Source of the DNA: a virus
Taxonomy: Duplodnaviria; Caudoviricetes
Virus record (IMG/VR): IMGVR_UViG_3300028805_000037
Coordinates: 128,001 to 192,000 of that record
DNA: 64,000 nucleotides
Strand: one strand, 5' to 3'
Under the pieces are notes generated by a model that saw only the letters and a list, made by a program, of their open reading frames with translations, made no database searches and was not told the origin of the DNA. Shown in pieces: positions 29,337 through 37,659 of this stretch. The first letter of the stretch is position 1. Every line of letters starts with the position of its first letter. The translations under genes and the position numbers were made by a program.

Positions 29337-30890
29337 ATGGATCCTATATTGCAAGATAAATTATTAGGTATTGGTACTCCTCAATCAGGTACCAATATGG
29401 AAAGAAATGAATTAATTGGCTTAATTCGTAGAATGATAAAAGAAAATAAATATACTGTTGATTATATTTTATCATATTGTGAAAGTTTATGTTATTCTTA
29501 CCGAATGGCATCAGATATATTTGAAGAACTTACTGGAATGAATCCTAAGATACTTGTTAATAATAATGAATATTATCAAAATCCAGTATTTGTTCCTTCT
29601 ATGACATTAGCCTGGGGTTATAAAAAAGCAACAAAGAATGAAGCATATTATATTGTACCTTTTGAATATGGTTATGGTGTAATGTATAAAAATGAAAAAG
29701 ATAACCCTGAAATGAAATTTGAATATGTATCTATTGATGAGGCTGTAAATAAATTAAAAACTTTAGTAACAAAAGTATTTACAATAAATAAAATTATCAC
29801 TGATAATTGTTTAGAAAATAATGATATACAATTAAATTCAAATACAGTTCATAATGTAAATAATCCATATTATAGTACGCCTTTACAAGAATTAAAACAA
29901 TCATATATAAATAAAGTAATTGATCAAAGCCAGTTTGAGAAAAAAGCATTCAGATTAGTAGCTGAAGAAAAAATTACAACAAGTGAAGCTGAAGATGCAA
30001 TGAAATGGTTAGATGAATTACAAAAAGAAAGAGATATTGAAGAATTTGAAGATGTAGAATTTGGTAATCTTAAAAATGATGATAAAATGAAAATTCAAGA
30101 AGAGAATAAACAGCTTGAAGGTTCATTAGAATTTGAAGATATTGTTGATGAAATATATACAACAATTGGTGACGAATATGCTGATAAAAATAAATTAGGA
30201 AAAATATATAATCAAAATAAATCATTTTTTAAAGGTTTAGATAAAGAACAAGCTGCACAAAGATTATATGAATTATATTTAGGCTTTAGTAAAGATGAAA
30301 TCAAAAACAAAGAAAAATATGTAAAAAAAGATATTAATGCTTCTCTTAAAAAGAAAGCTGCAGATGAAGATATAGAACTTGAAGATATTGAAGATAAAGA
30401 TATAATAAAAGACACTATTGATGAAATAAATGATACTGATTTTAATAATCTTGTTAATGATATTACTCCAGAGCAATATCTTGAAGAAGAAAGTAAAAAT
30501 GATCAAGTAATAAAAATAAATGAAAAAGTAAATAAAATTATAGATGAATTTACATCAAAATTTGAAGAATTTACAAAATATAAATTACAATTAAATACAT
30601 ATAAATTACAAATATTAAATCAAGGTAATACAGATACAAAATTAAAATCTATTGAAGATGATGAATTAAATGCACAAGCTATTGTACAAATTATTATAAC
30701 TATTGCTCCAGTTGAAAATCTTAATAATACTAAAAAAGGATTAGCAATATTTAGTATAAATAAAGATAAAGTAAATTTCAACGGAGTGATTAGGATGCAA
30801 GATGGATTCGTGGCGTTCAGTGAAGATGGTTTTGATGCAGCATTTGAAGATGATAAACAAGCAAAAGATGAAATTGAAAATTTAATATAG
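29337..30890 (+). CDS. acidic late protein, probable head/internal protein
   Basis: Late motif and AAGGAG upstream; very D/E-rich. Confidence 0.55.
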   Translation: MDPILQDKLLGIGTPQSGTNMERNELIGLIRRMIKENKYTVDYILSYCESLCYSYRMASDIFEELTGMNPKILVNNNEYYQNPVFVPSMTLAWGYKKATKNEAYYIVPFEYGYGVMYKNEKDNPEMKFEYVSIDEAVNKLKTLVTKVFTINKIITDNCLENNDIQLNSNTVHNVNNPYYSTPLQELKQSYINKVIDQSQFEKKAFRLVAEEKITTSEAEDAMKWLDELQKERDIEEFEDVEFGNLKNDDKMKIQEENKQLEGSLEFEDIVDEIYTTIGDEYADKNKLGKIYNQNKSFFKGLDKEQAAQRLYELYLGFSKDEIKNKEKYVKKDINASLKKKAADEDIELEDIEDKDIIKDTIDEINDTDFNNLVNDITPEQYLEEESKNDQVIKINEKVNKIIDEFTSKFEEFTKYKLQLNTYKLQILNQGNTDTKLKSIEDDELNAQAIVQIIITIAPVENLNNTKKGLAIFSINKDKVNFNGVIRMQDGFVAFSEDGFDAAFEDDKQAKDEIENLI

Positions 30891-30893
30891 GTA

Positions 30894-30922
30894 TTTACAA
30901 ATTATTAAAAATTTATTATAAT
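30894..30922 (+). promoter_or_regulatory. sigma70-type promoter
   Basis: TTTACA-17-TATAAT. Confidence 0.65.
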
Positions 30923-30955
30923 ATTTATATAAATTAAATAAGAGAGGTAATATAA

Positions 30956-31201
30956 ATGTCTTGGACAAAAGTATTAAAAGCAAGTATAAAATTTAAAGAT
31001 AGTGATTATGTTGATTATATGGATCAAATTGAATTTCAAGATTATTTTTGTAAACAAAATAATCTTGAAGAAGGTACAATTTATTTTGATGGAGAAGAAT
31101 GTGTAGATGCAGAAACTGGAAAAACTATTCCAGGAGCTGATTTAGGACAAACATATAAAAAGATGTCTGATGCAATTAAAAAATATTTTAAAATTAAATA
31201 A
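30956..31201 (+). CDS. small protein with shared N-terminal leader
   Basis: MSWTKVLKAS. Confidence 0.7.
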   Translation: MSWTKVLKASIKFKDSDYVDYMDQIEFQDYFCKQNNLEEGTIYFDGEECVDAETGKTIPGADLGQTYKKMSDAIKKYFKIK

Positions 31202-31202
31202 A

Positions 31203-31412
31203 ATGAATTATTGGACTAAAATACTTGCAAGCAAATATAAAATAGTTAAAACACCAGTTTATGAAACTGAAGATTATGTTACTAAAAAATCTGATAAATA
31301 TACATATAGAATACTTAAAGATGGCGATTATGTTAAAGATAAAGAATCAGGTTTAAGATTAGAATTTAGTTCAAAAGAAGAAGCACAAAAATATATTAAA
31401 ATGGAGAAATAA
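31203..31412 (+). CDS. small protein with shared N-terminal leader
   Basis: MNYWTKILAS (start re-called to 31203). Confidence 0.7.
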   Translation: MNYWTKILASKYKIVKTPVYETEDYVTKKSDKYTYRILKDGDYVKDKESGLRLEFSSKEEAQKYIKMEK

Positions 31413-31414
31413 AA

Positions 31415-31735
31415 ATGGTAAAGTATTTTAAAAGAAGTATAGCAAAAGAAGAATTTAAACCTTTTTATGTAATTAGTAAACCAAATTATGAATGGTTAAT
31501 TAGTAAAGATGGTGATTATAGTGGTTATAGTGCTGATAGTGAAGATTATAAATTTTATAATAAGTTAGATGCTGAAAAAGTATTAAATTCAGTAATACCA
31601 GATTTAATAGAAGAATCTAATTTTGATGATGATAATGAAGTTACTGAACAAGATATAAGAAATGAATATACAATACAATATATAGATAACGAACAAAAAG
31701 CACAAGAATTTGAAGATTCATTTAATAATATATAG
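31415..31735 (+). CDS. small acidic protein with shared N-terminal leader
   Basis: MVKYFKRSIA. Confidence 0.7.
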   Translation: MVKYFKRSIAKEEFKPFYVISKPNYEWLISKDGDYSGYSADSEDYKFYNKLDAEKVLNSVIPDLIEESNFDDDNEVTEQDIRNEYTIQYIDNEQKAQEFEDSFNNI

Positions 31736-31745
31736 GAGAATATAA

Positions 31746-31949
31746 ATGAGTAAATTTTTTAAAGTTAAGAAAGCAGAAAATATAATTGTAGATAAATATA
31801 GAACAATTCTTATAAATGCTATAGATGAAGATTTAGTTGATCCAAAGCAAATAGCAAAAGATTTAGCACGGTATATATCAGAAGAAATGTGTAAAGATTT
31901 TTGCAGAATTTATGAAATAAAAGATATCAGTGAATTAAATAATGAATAA
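31746..31949 (+). CDS. small protein with shared N-terminal leader
   Basis: MSKFFKVKKAE. Confidence 0.7.
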   Translation: MSKFFKVKKAENIIVDKYRTILINAIDEDLVDPKQIAKDLARYISEEMCKDFCRIYEIKDISELNNE

Positions 31950-32669
31950 TTAATTTTCAGTACAAAACTCTTTCATATTACAATATTTACATTGACTACT
32001 AAAATTTTTCTCAAATTTGGTAGTCAATGTTATTTTATTTATAATATCATTTAATTCAAATTCTGTTTCATCCAGAATTTCCTGATTGATTTCTAATGCA
32101 TTATTTTTATTTACTTTAAGGTATATGTAATCTATTGAATTTGTCATTACTCCATACAATTTCTGCATTACTAATGCATAATATGTAAGTTGTTCTACAC
32201 TTTTAGAATATTTACCAGTCTTCCAATCAAGAATTTTAATATTATTTCCATCTTTAATTATAACATCAATTAAACCATTAAAATATATATTATCTTTTAT
32301 ATTATATGAAAAGTATTGTTCTGCAGCAATAAAATTAGGTTTAATTTGTTTATAGTAATTATTATAAAAATATGTTAAACAATTTTTACCTGTTTCTAAC
32401 CATTGCGGAATAATAATAAGTTCTTTATTTTCAACTTTATCAAGATTCTTAATAAATAAATCTGGAAACATATTAAGAACTTCATTTAATTCTAATATTT
32501 TTTCATTTTTTAATGTATCTTCTATCACTTTATGTGTACTCGATCCAAAACAAGTATAAATATTATCTTTGAATTCTGGTTGTAATTTCTTTATATGTTT
32601 TAATTCAAAGCATTTAGGACATTGTTTATAGTCGCATATTGAACTATAACTTAGTTTAAATTTTTTCAT
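31950..32669 (-). CDS. Cas4/RecB-like PD-(D/E)XK exonuclease with Fe-S cysteines
   Basis: LSYSS...QCPK, GSSTH, GLID, LDWKTG, QLxYY, CKYCxxxxxC. Confidence 0.85.
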   Translation of the reverse strand: MKKFKLSYSSICDYKQCPKCFELKHIKKLQPEFKDNIYTCFGSSTHKVIEDTLKNEKILELNEVLNMFPDLFIKNLDKVENKELIIIPQWLETGKNCLTYFYNNYYKQIKPNFIAAEQYFSYNIKDNIYFNGLIDVIIKDGNNIKILDWKTGKYSKSVEQLTYYALVMQKLYGVMTNSIDYIYLKVNKNNALEINQEILDETEFELNDIINKITLTTKFEKNFSSQCKYCNMKEFCTEN

Positions 32670-32904
32670 ATTGTTTAAATGATTGTTTTGCACGTTCATA
32701 TTTTTCTAATTGTTTTTGTTGTTCTATACTATGTTCATTCATTTTAAATTTTGTATATTCTTTACCATTAACACATTTCCAACAAAATCTTCTTACTACG
32801 TTATCATTTACTACTTTTTCATCTTCACCACATATATAACATTTCATTTTCTTCATTTTATAAACTCCATGAATTTTTATGTATATATTATATAAAATTC
32901 TCAC
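32656..32904 (-). CDS. small Zn-ribbon protein (start probably 32856)
   Basis: CYICG...CWKC. Confidence 0.6.
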   Translation of the reverse strand: MRILYNIYIKIHGVYKMKKMKCYICGEDEKVVNDNVVRRFCWKCVNGKEYTKFKMNEHSIEQQKQLEKYERAKQSFKQYEKI

Positions 32905-32951
32905 AAAAATTTTAAAATTTAAATTTAAAACAATATAGATAAAGGTGCATT

Positions 32952-33524
32952 ATGCCTAAAAAGTTTGTATATAAACCTAAAACAATTAATTTAGTTAAAC
33001 CTAGTAAAAAGAATTATAATACAAGTAAAATTGTTAAACCTAGTAATTCTTATAATATTACTCAGCCTAAAAAATCTCCTATTACTAGAATTAAACCTAC
33101 TAATAATACTAAATTAGTTAAACCTAATAAATATACAATAGTAAGACCTAAAAAATCTCCTATTACTAGAATTAAACCAAAAAGTGTTACTAAACTTGTT
33201 AAACCTAAAAAAAGAAAGATAAAAGTAAAAAGAATATATAAAGGTAGAATAGATCAAAGTTTACCAACATTAAAAAGATTATTACAAATAGGTTATGATG
33301 TATTAACATTTGAAGCAAGAAATACAGCTTGCCCTATTTGTCAAGGTTTAAATGGTTATACTTTTGATTTAAAATTTTGGTTAGGACAATTAAAACACAA
33401 ATCACCGATCTTCGAAATTTCCCACGTGCAATGTCTTGATTATGTTAGAGTTTGGGATTCTGAAAATATACTTCCACCTTTATGGGTAAATTGGACAGGA
33501 AATTATTTTGAACAACAGCCTTAA
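32952..33524 (+). CDS. Mu gpF/SPP1 gp7-like minor head protein with basic repeat N-terminus
   Basis: ACPICQGLNG...HVQC motif; K/P-rich repeats. Confidence 0.65.
   Translation: MPKKFVYKPKTINLVKPSKKNYNTSKIVKPSNSYNITQPKKSPITRIKPTNNTKLVKPNKYTIVRPKKSPITRIKPKSVTKLVKPKKRKIKVKRIYKGRIDQSLPTLKRLLQIGYDVLTFEARNTACPICQGLNGYTFDLKFWLGQLKHKSPIFEISHVQCLDYVRVWDSENILPPLWVNWTGNYFEQQP
33066..33178 (+). repeat. 32-bp exact in-frame direct repeat (33066-33097, 33147-33178)
   Basis: CCTAAAAAATCTCCTATTACTAGAATTAAACC encoding PKKSPITRIKP. Confidence 0.9.
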
Positions 33525-33539
33525 TTAAGGAGATAATAT

Positions 33540-34328
33540 ATGAAATTTTTTAAAATAAAAAAGATAGCAGAACAATTAAAACCAACAATGCCAAAACCTA
33601 CTACAGAACCAGCAAATGGTTATGAATGGTCTTGGGATGTAAATTCGGCACAATGGATTCAAGTTCCTGTAAATAACAATAAATCATATAATGTTACTGA
33701 TAGCAATTATAATAGTAATACAAATAGTCAATCTTCAAGCACAGCTACAAGTTATACTACAGCTTCATTAAGAGTTACTGATAATATAGTTGCATGTTTA
33801 AATCAATTTTTAGCTGGTGATGATTTTAATGATGGTATATTACTTGTTAATGGTTTAAAATTTAAACCTACTGCAAAAATGTATGATGATGGACTTGTTA
33901 AATATGCTGGTTATGATTTTGTAAATGGTAGTTTAGTTAAAATTACAGCAAAAGGACTTGATTATATTAAAAATCATGAACAAAAAATATATAACAAATT
34001 AAAGAAACAAATTGATGCAAGTGAGATTGATATAATACCATCAACAATTCCTGGATTTGACAATCCAGTAGGAAGCATACCTATAGTTGATGGAGCTTAT
34101 GATGCAGATGCCAAGAAATTTGCTAAAGATGAAGATATAATGAAGCCTGAACAAATGAGTCATGTCATTGATATGCTTGAAAATAAATATTATGATGAAA
34201 TTTATAAAGCTTATAAAGATAAAAATCTTGATAAAAAATTAAAAGAAATTTTAATTAATGAAGATTTAAGAGTAGATGATACAACTTTTGGCAGAATAAT
34301 AGAATATTTTGATGTATTATTTTTATAA
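33540..34328 (+). CDS. virion protein with shared N-terminal leader
   Basis: MKFFKIKKIAE. Confidence 0.6.
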   Translation: MKFFKIKKIAEQLKPTMPKPTTEPANGYEWSWDVNSAQWIQVPVNNNKSYNVTDSNYNSNTNSQSSSTATSYTTASLRVTDNIVACLNQFLAGDDFNDGILLVNGLKFKPTAKMYDDGLVKYAGYDFVNGSLVKITAKGLDYIKNHEQKIYNKLKKQIDASEIDIIPSTIPGFDNPVGSIPIVDGAYDADAKKFAKDEDIMKPEQMSHVIDMLENKYYDEIYKAYKDKNLDKKLKEILINEDLRVDDTTFGRIIEYFDVLFL

Positions 34329-34343
34329 TTGGAGTAATAATTA

Positions 34344-35624
34344 ATGTTACTGACATATCCTGATAATATTTTAGTAATGAATAAATGTCAAGGAACTCAA
34401 GGAAAATATAAAATTCAATGGGATCCAGCTATACTTGCTGAATCATATAATATATATTGGAATTATGTTCCTTATGGTAGTTTTATGTTTTTAGCTAATA
34501 CCACTGATACATATTATATTCATTCTGACTTCTCGGTTATCGACGGAACTTATTGTTATTATAAAGTATCAGCAGTAAGAAATGGTAAAGAATCAGAATT
34601 ATCAAGACCACAAACAGCACAAAATACATCAGAATATATTAATAATAGTACTGGCACTTGGATTGATACCAATAATATGTTATTTGATCCACATACAAAT
34701 AAATATCCTACATCAAATAATAAAACATATAAAGGTGTAAATTATCTTCCATTAAATGTTTTACGTAGATATCAATTTAATAAAATACAACGTGATGAAA
34801 TGTGGATTCTTCAAGATAGAGGTGAACTTGTTTGGTTAATAAAACAAAAAAGAACAAACTATTCTCAACCAGATGACGATGATGCAAGAAGAATTGGTAA
34901 TAGTGAAATAGTAGAATATTATGAACCTATAAAAATATGTGTAGCATTAGCATCACCTAATCAAACTCATACTATTATTAAAGGTGGTATGGTACTTGAA
35001 AAGAATACAAGAAGTTGGACAATATATACACCAAGAATAGATGATAATGATATTATTATAGATAAAGAAAATAATAGATGGCAAGTTCAAAATGTAACTA
35101 GACAGAAATCATTTAGAGGCAGTGTTACTTGGCAACAATTTGATATTATACAAGTAGGAATAAATTCACCTATTTATAATAATGAAAAAATAAGAAATGT
35201 GGATGGATTACAATTATATCCACAAAAATGGAGTTTAATTATGGATGCAAAAGAAACTTTTGATATGATAAATGGATTTAAAAAACAAGATAATTTGACA
35301 AATGACGCATTATTTATAAGTACAAATAATCAGTTACAAGAAGCAATAGCAATTTCTTTTTCTGATTTAAAAGCTTTAATTTCAAATAATGAACAACAGT
35401 TAAACTTTGTAGTTGGAACACCTAAAGATAATTATGACGGTAATAAAAAAATATTTGATATAGGTGTTGATTTAAGTAATAGAATATATAAAGTTTTTGT
35501 TGGTTTATTAATGAAAGAAAATAGTGAAGGTGAACTTGATGGTGATTATAGTTATAATAATGGTATAATAACATTTAATGAAGATTTAGAAATTGGACAA
35601 AATGTAACAATATATTATATATAA
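34344..35624 (+). CDS. neck/head-closure protein with FN3-like N-domain
   Basis: W...YNIY...YYKVSAV..GKES FN3 pattern; TPRIDDNDIIID...WQV; position before tail genes. Confidence 0.6.
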   Translation: MLLTYPDNILVMNKCQGTQGKYKIQWDPAILAESYNIYWNYVPYGSFMFLANTTDTYYIHSDFSVIDGTYCYYKVSAVRNGKESELSRPQTAQNTSEYINNSTGTWIDTNNMLFDPHTNKYPTSNNKTYKGVNYLPLNVLRRYQFNKIQRDEMWILQDRGELVWLIKQKRTNYSQPDDDDARRIGNSEIVEYYEPIKICVALASPNQTHTIIKGGMVLEKNTRSWTIYTPRIDDNDIIIDKENNRWQVQNVTRQKSFRGSVTWQQFDIIQVGINSPIYNNEKIRNVDGLQLYPQKWSLIMDAKETFDMINGFKKQDNLTNDALFISTNNQLQEAIAISFSDLKALISNNEQQLNFVVGTPKDNYDGNKKIFDIGVDLSNRIYKVFVGLLMKENSEGELDGDYSYNNGIITFNEDLEIGQNVTIYYI

Positions 35625-35634
35625 GGATTTTATT

Positions 35635-36246
35635 ATGCTTTTTCGTGGACGTAGATTAATAAAAACTACATTTGTAAGTATATTACAACAATTATTTACA
35701 AATGATCCTAAATTTCCATGGAATAAAAATGTATTACAAACAAAAATCTTTCTCGATGAAAGTTTTATGAGAAGTGATCGTAAATTCCCCTATATAGTAG
35801 TAACTGATGTAACTAATGACAATTTTTTTAAAACAAGCTTTGATAGAAATTATCAAACAGAAGTATATGATGATGAAGGAAATCTTAAAGGTACTCGTTA
35901 TGGTGGTGCTATGCATCCAAGTTTTAGATTAGAATTTGGTGCACTTAATATTTATGATCTTGAGATTATTATTGATAAAGTTGAATCATTTTTCGAATTT
36001 ACTGGTGTACAAAAATTACATGATGCTGGAATAGTAATTGAAAATATAAGTGATAGTGGAATAAATACAGAAACTTATGGTAAAGATAATGTATATATAT
36101 TAAGTATAACTTTTAATATATATACTGAATGGGAAAAATATATTACAGTTGAAGAAGCCGAACTTATTAATCAAGTTGAAGTAGAAAATATAACTATATA
36201 TGATAAAGATGATAATGTTTTACATATTGATAAACCTGGTGATTAG
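35635..36246 (+). CDS. tail completion/terminator protein
   Basis: FPYIVV motif; synteny upstream of the sheath. Confidence 0.55.
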   Translation: MLFRGRRLIKTTFVSILQQLFTNDPKFPWNKNVLQTKIFLDESFMRSDRKFPYIVVTDVTNDNFFKTSFDRNYQTEVYDDEGNLKGTRYGGAMHPSFRLEFGALNIYDLEIIIDKVESFFEFTGVQKLHDAGIVIENISDSGINTETYGKDNVYILSITFNIYTEWEKYITVEEAELINQVEVENITIYDKDDNVLHIDKPGD

Positions 36247-36356
36247 CAAAGTAAAATTTAAATTTCTATGAGAATTATTTTCTCTATACATTTCAACGAT
36301 GTTGTTTTACTACCAACTATCTCGATGTACATTTATGAATGATAGACTCACCCAAA
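36243..36356 (-). ncRNA. omega-RNA 1 (scaffold overlapping the tnpB 3' end, guide from ~36262)
   Basis: GGGTGA/TCATTC, GTTG/CAAC, GAGAA/TTCTC stems; TCTAT:ATAGA pseudoknot. Confidence 0.75.
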
Positions 36357-37625
36357 CTTTTTAAATTTAAAGCTGCATTTAAATCTCTATTTATTAAAGA
36401 ACCACAATTAGGACAAGTCCATTGTCTATCTTTTAATTGTAATTCTTTATATTTATAACCACAATTATTACAAATTTTAGAAGAAGCAAAAAATCTATCA
36501 GCAAATATTAAATACTTTCCTTTTCTTTTTAATTTATATTGTAATTGCCATATAAATTGAGCATAACCAAGATCATTTACTGATTTACCAAAAATTTTAC
36601 TCATTCCTTTTAAATTTAGAGATTCTACAACTATTATGTCATTTTCATTAACTAATTTATTACTTAAATTATGTAAAAAATTAGTTCTTTCATTAGTAAT
36701 ATGATAATGAATTCTACTGATTGATTTTCTCAGTTTTCTAAATCTATTACTATTATGTTTTTTCTTACTTATTTTTTTATTTAATTGTTTTAAATATTTT
36801 TCATATTTTCTATATAATCGTATATATTCTGGAGAATTATTATTTGAATCTATAAAAAATGATTGTAAACTCATATCTAAACCTAAAATTTTAGATTCAT
36901 CATTAATTTGTACTTGTTTAATATTAATATCTTGTTCAACATTAAAAGAAATAAAATAATGTTCTGAAGTATCTTTACTTATTGTAGCATGTTTAATTTT
37001 ACCTATTATTTTTCTTTTATCTTTATAATTTATCCATCCAACTATAGGTATTTTAATTTTATGATTATCATAATTAATTTTGATATTATTATTTATAAAT
37101 GATGTAGTATAAGAACCACCATATTTTTTCTTTTTAAATTGAGGAAAACCAAAATTATTTTTTACCTTTAATGATTTATAAAAATTATTATAAGCATCTT
37201 TTAAATTAACAAAAGTCCACATAAATGATTGTGAATCAACTTCATCCATAAATTTATATTCATTTTTTATTTGTTTTATTGTTTTATACTTATATTTATA
37301 TAATGTATTTTTATCATTTTTATATTTTTGATATATTTCTTTTCTTTCAGCTAACATTAAATTATACATTAATCTATTACAACCAATAGTTTTATCTATA
37401 AGTTCTTTTTGTTTATTATTAGGATAAATTCTAAATTTATAAGCAAATTGTTCCATAATTTTTAAATTTAAATTAAGTTGAATTTAATATTTTATATCAT
37501 TTAATTAAGTGCATAATTTAAATTTAAAAAGATAGGACGAATCCATCGCTCTTAAATGTACATCGAGATAGGAAGTATTAAATTCCATCAATGAAATGTA
37601 TAGAGAAATAAAATTCTCATGGAGA
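36263..37625. mobile_element. transposase-less tnpB element with two outward-facing omega-RNA ends
   Basis: 115-nt imperfect inverted repeats 36257-36371 and 37517-37631; excision restores a late-promoter motif. Confidence 0.8.
36317..37456 (-). CDS. tnpB: IS605-family TnpB
   Basis: YKFRIYP, RuvC LGLDM / VVESL / NRDLNAA, CxxC-CxxC. Confidence 0.95.
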   Translation of the reverse strand: MEQFAYKFRIYPNNKQKELIDKTIGCNRLMYNLMLAERKEIYQKYKNDKNTLYKYKYKTIKQIKNEYKFMDEVDSQSFMWTFVNLKDAYNNFYKSLKVKNNFGFPQFKKKKYGGSYTTSFINNNIKINYDNHKIKIPIVGWINYKDKRKIIGKIKHATISKDTSEHYFISFNVEQDINIKQVQINDESKILGLDMSLQSFFIDSNNNSPEYIRLYRKYEKYLKQLNKKISKKKHNSNRFRKLRKSISRIHYHITNERTNFLHNLSNKLVNENDIIVVESLNLKGMSKIFGKSVNDLGYAQFIWQLQYKLKRKGKYLIFADRFFASSKICNNCGYKYKELQLKDRQWTCPNCGSLINRDLNAALNLKSLGESIIHKCTSR

Positions 37626-37645
37626 TTTAAAATAGATTTTTAAAT
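37532..37645 (+). ncRNA. omega-RNA 2 (stand-alone paralogue, also leader of the sheath mRNA; guide from ~37626)
   Basis: 19- and 17-nt blocks identical to omega-RNA 1, with compensatory GGAA/TTCC and TCCAT:ATGGA changes. Confidence 0.75.
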
Positions 37646-37659
37646 GTGAGGTAAAATAT

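Noticed and set aside
31950-32699. CRISPR-Cas locus suggested by the Cas4-like gene and Cas12-related TnpBs
   Set aside because: No repeat-spacer array or other cas genes seen.
36257-37631. Ordinary terminal inverted repeats of a DDE transposon
   Set aside because: No DDE transposase or target duplication; the differences between copies are compensatory in RNA stems, and one copy occupies the canonical omega-RNA position.
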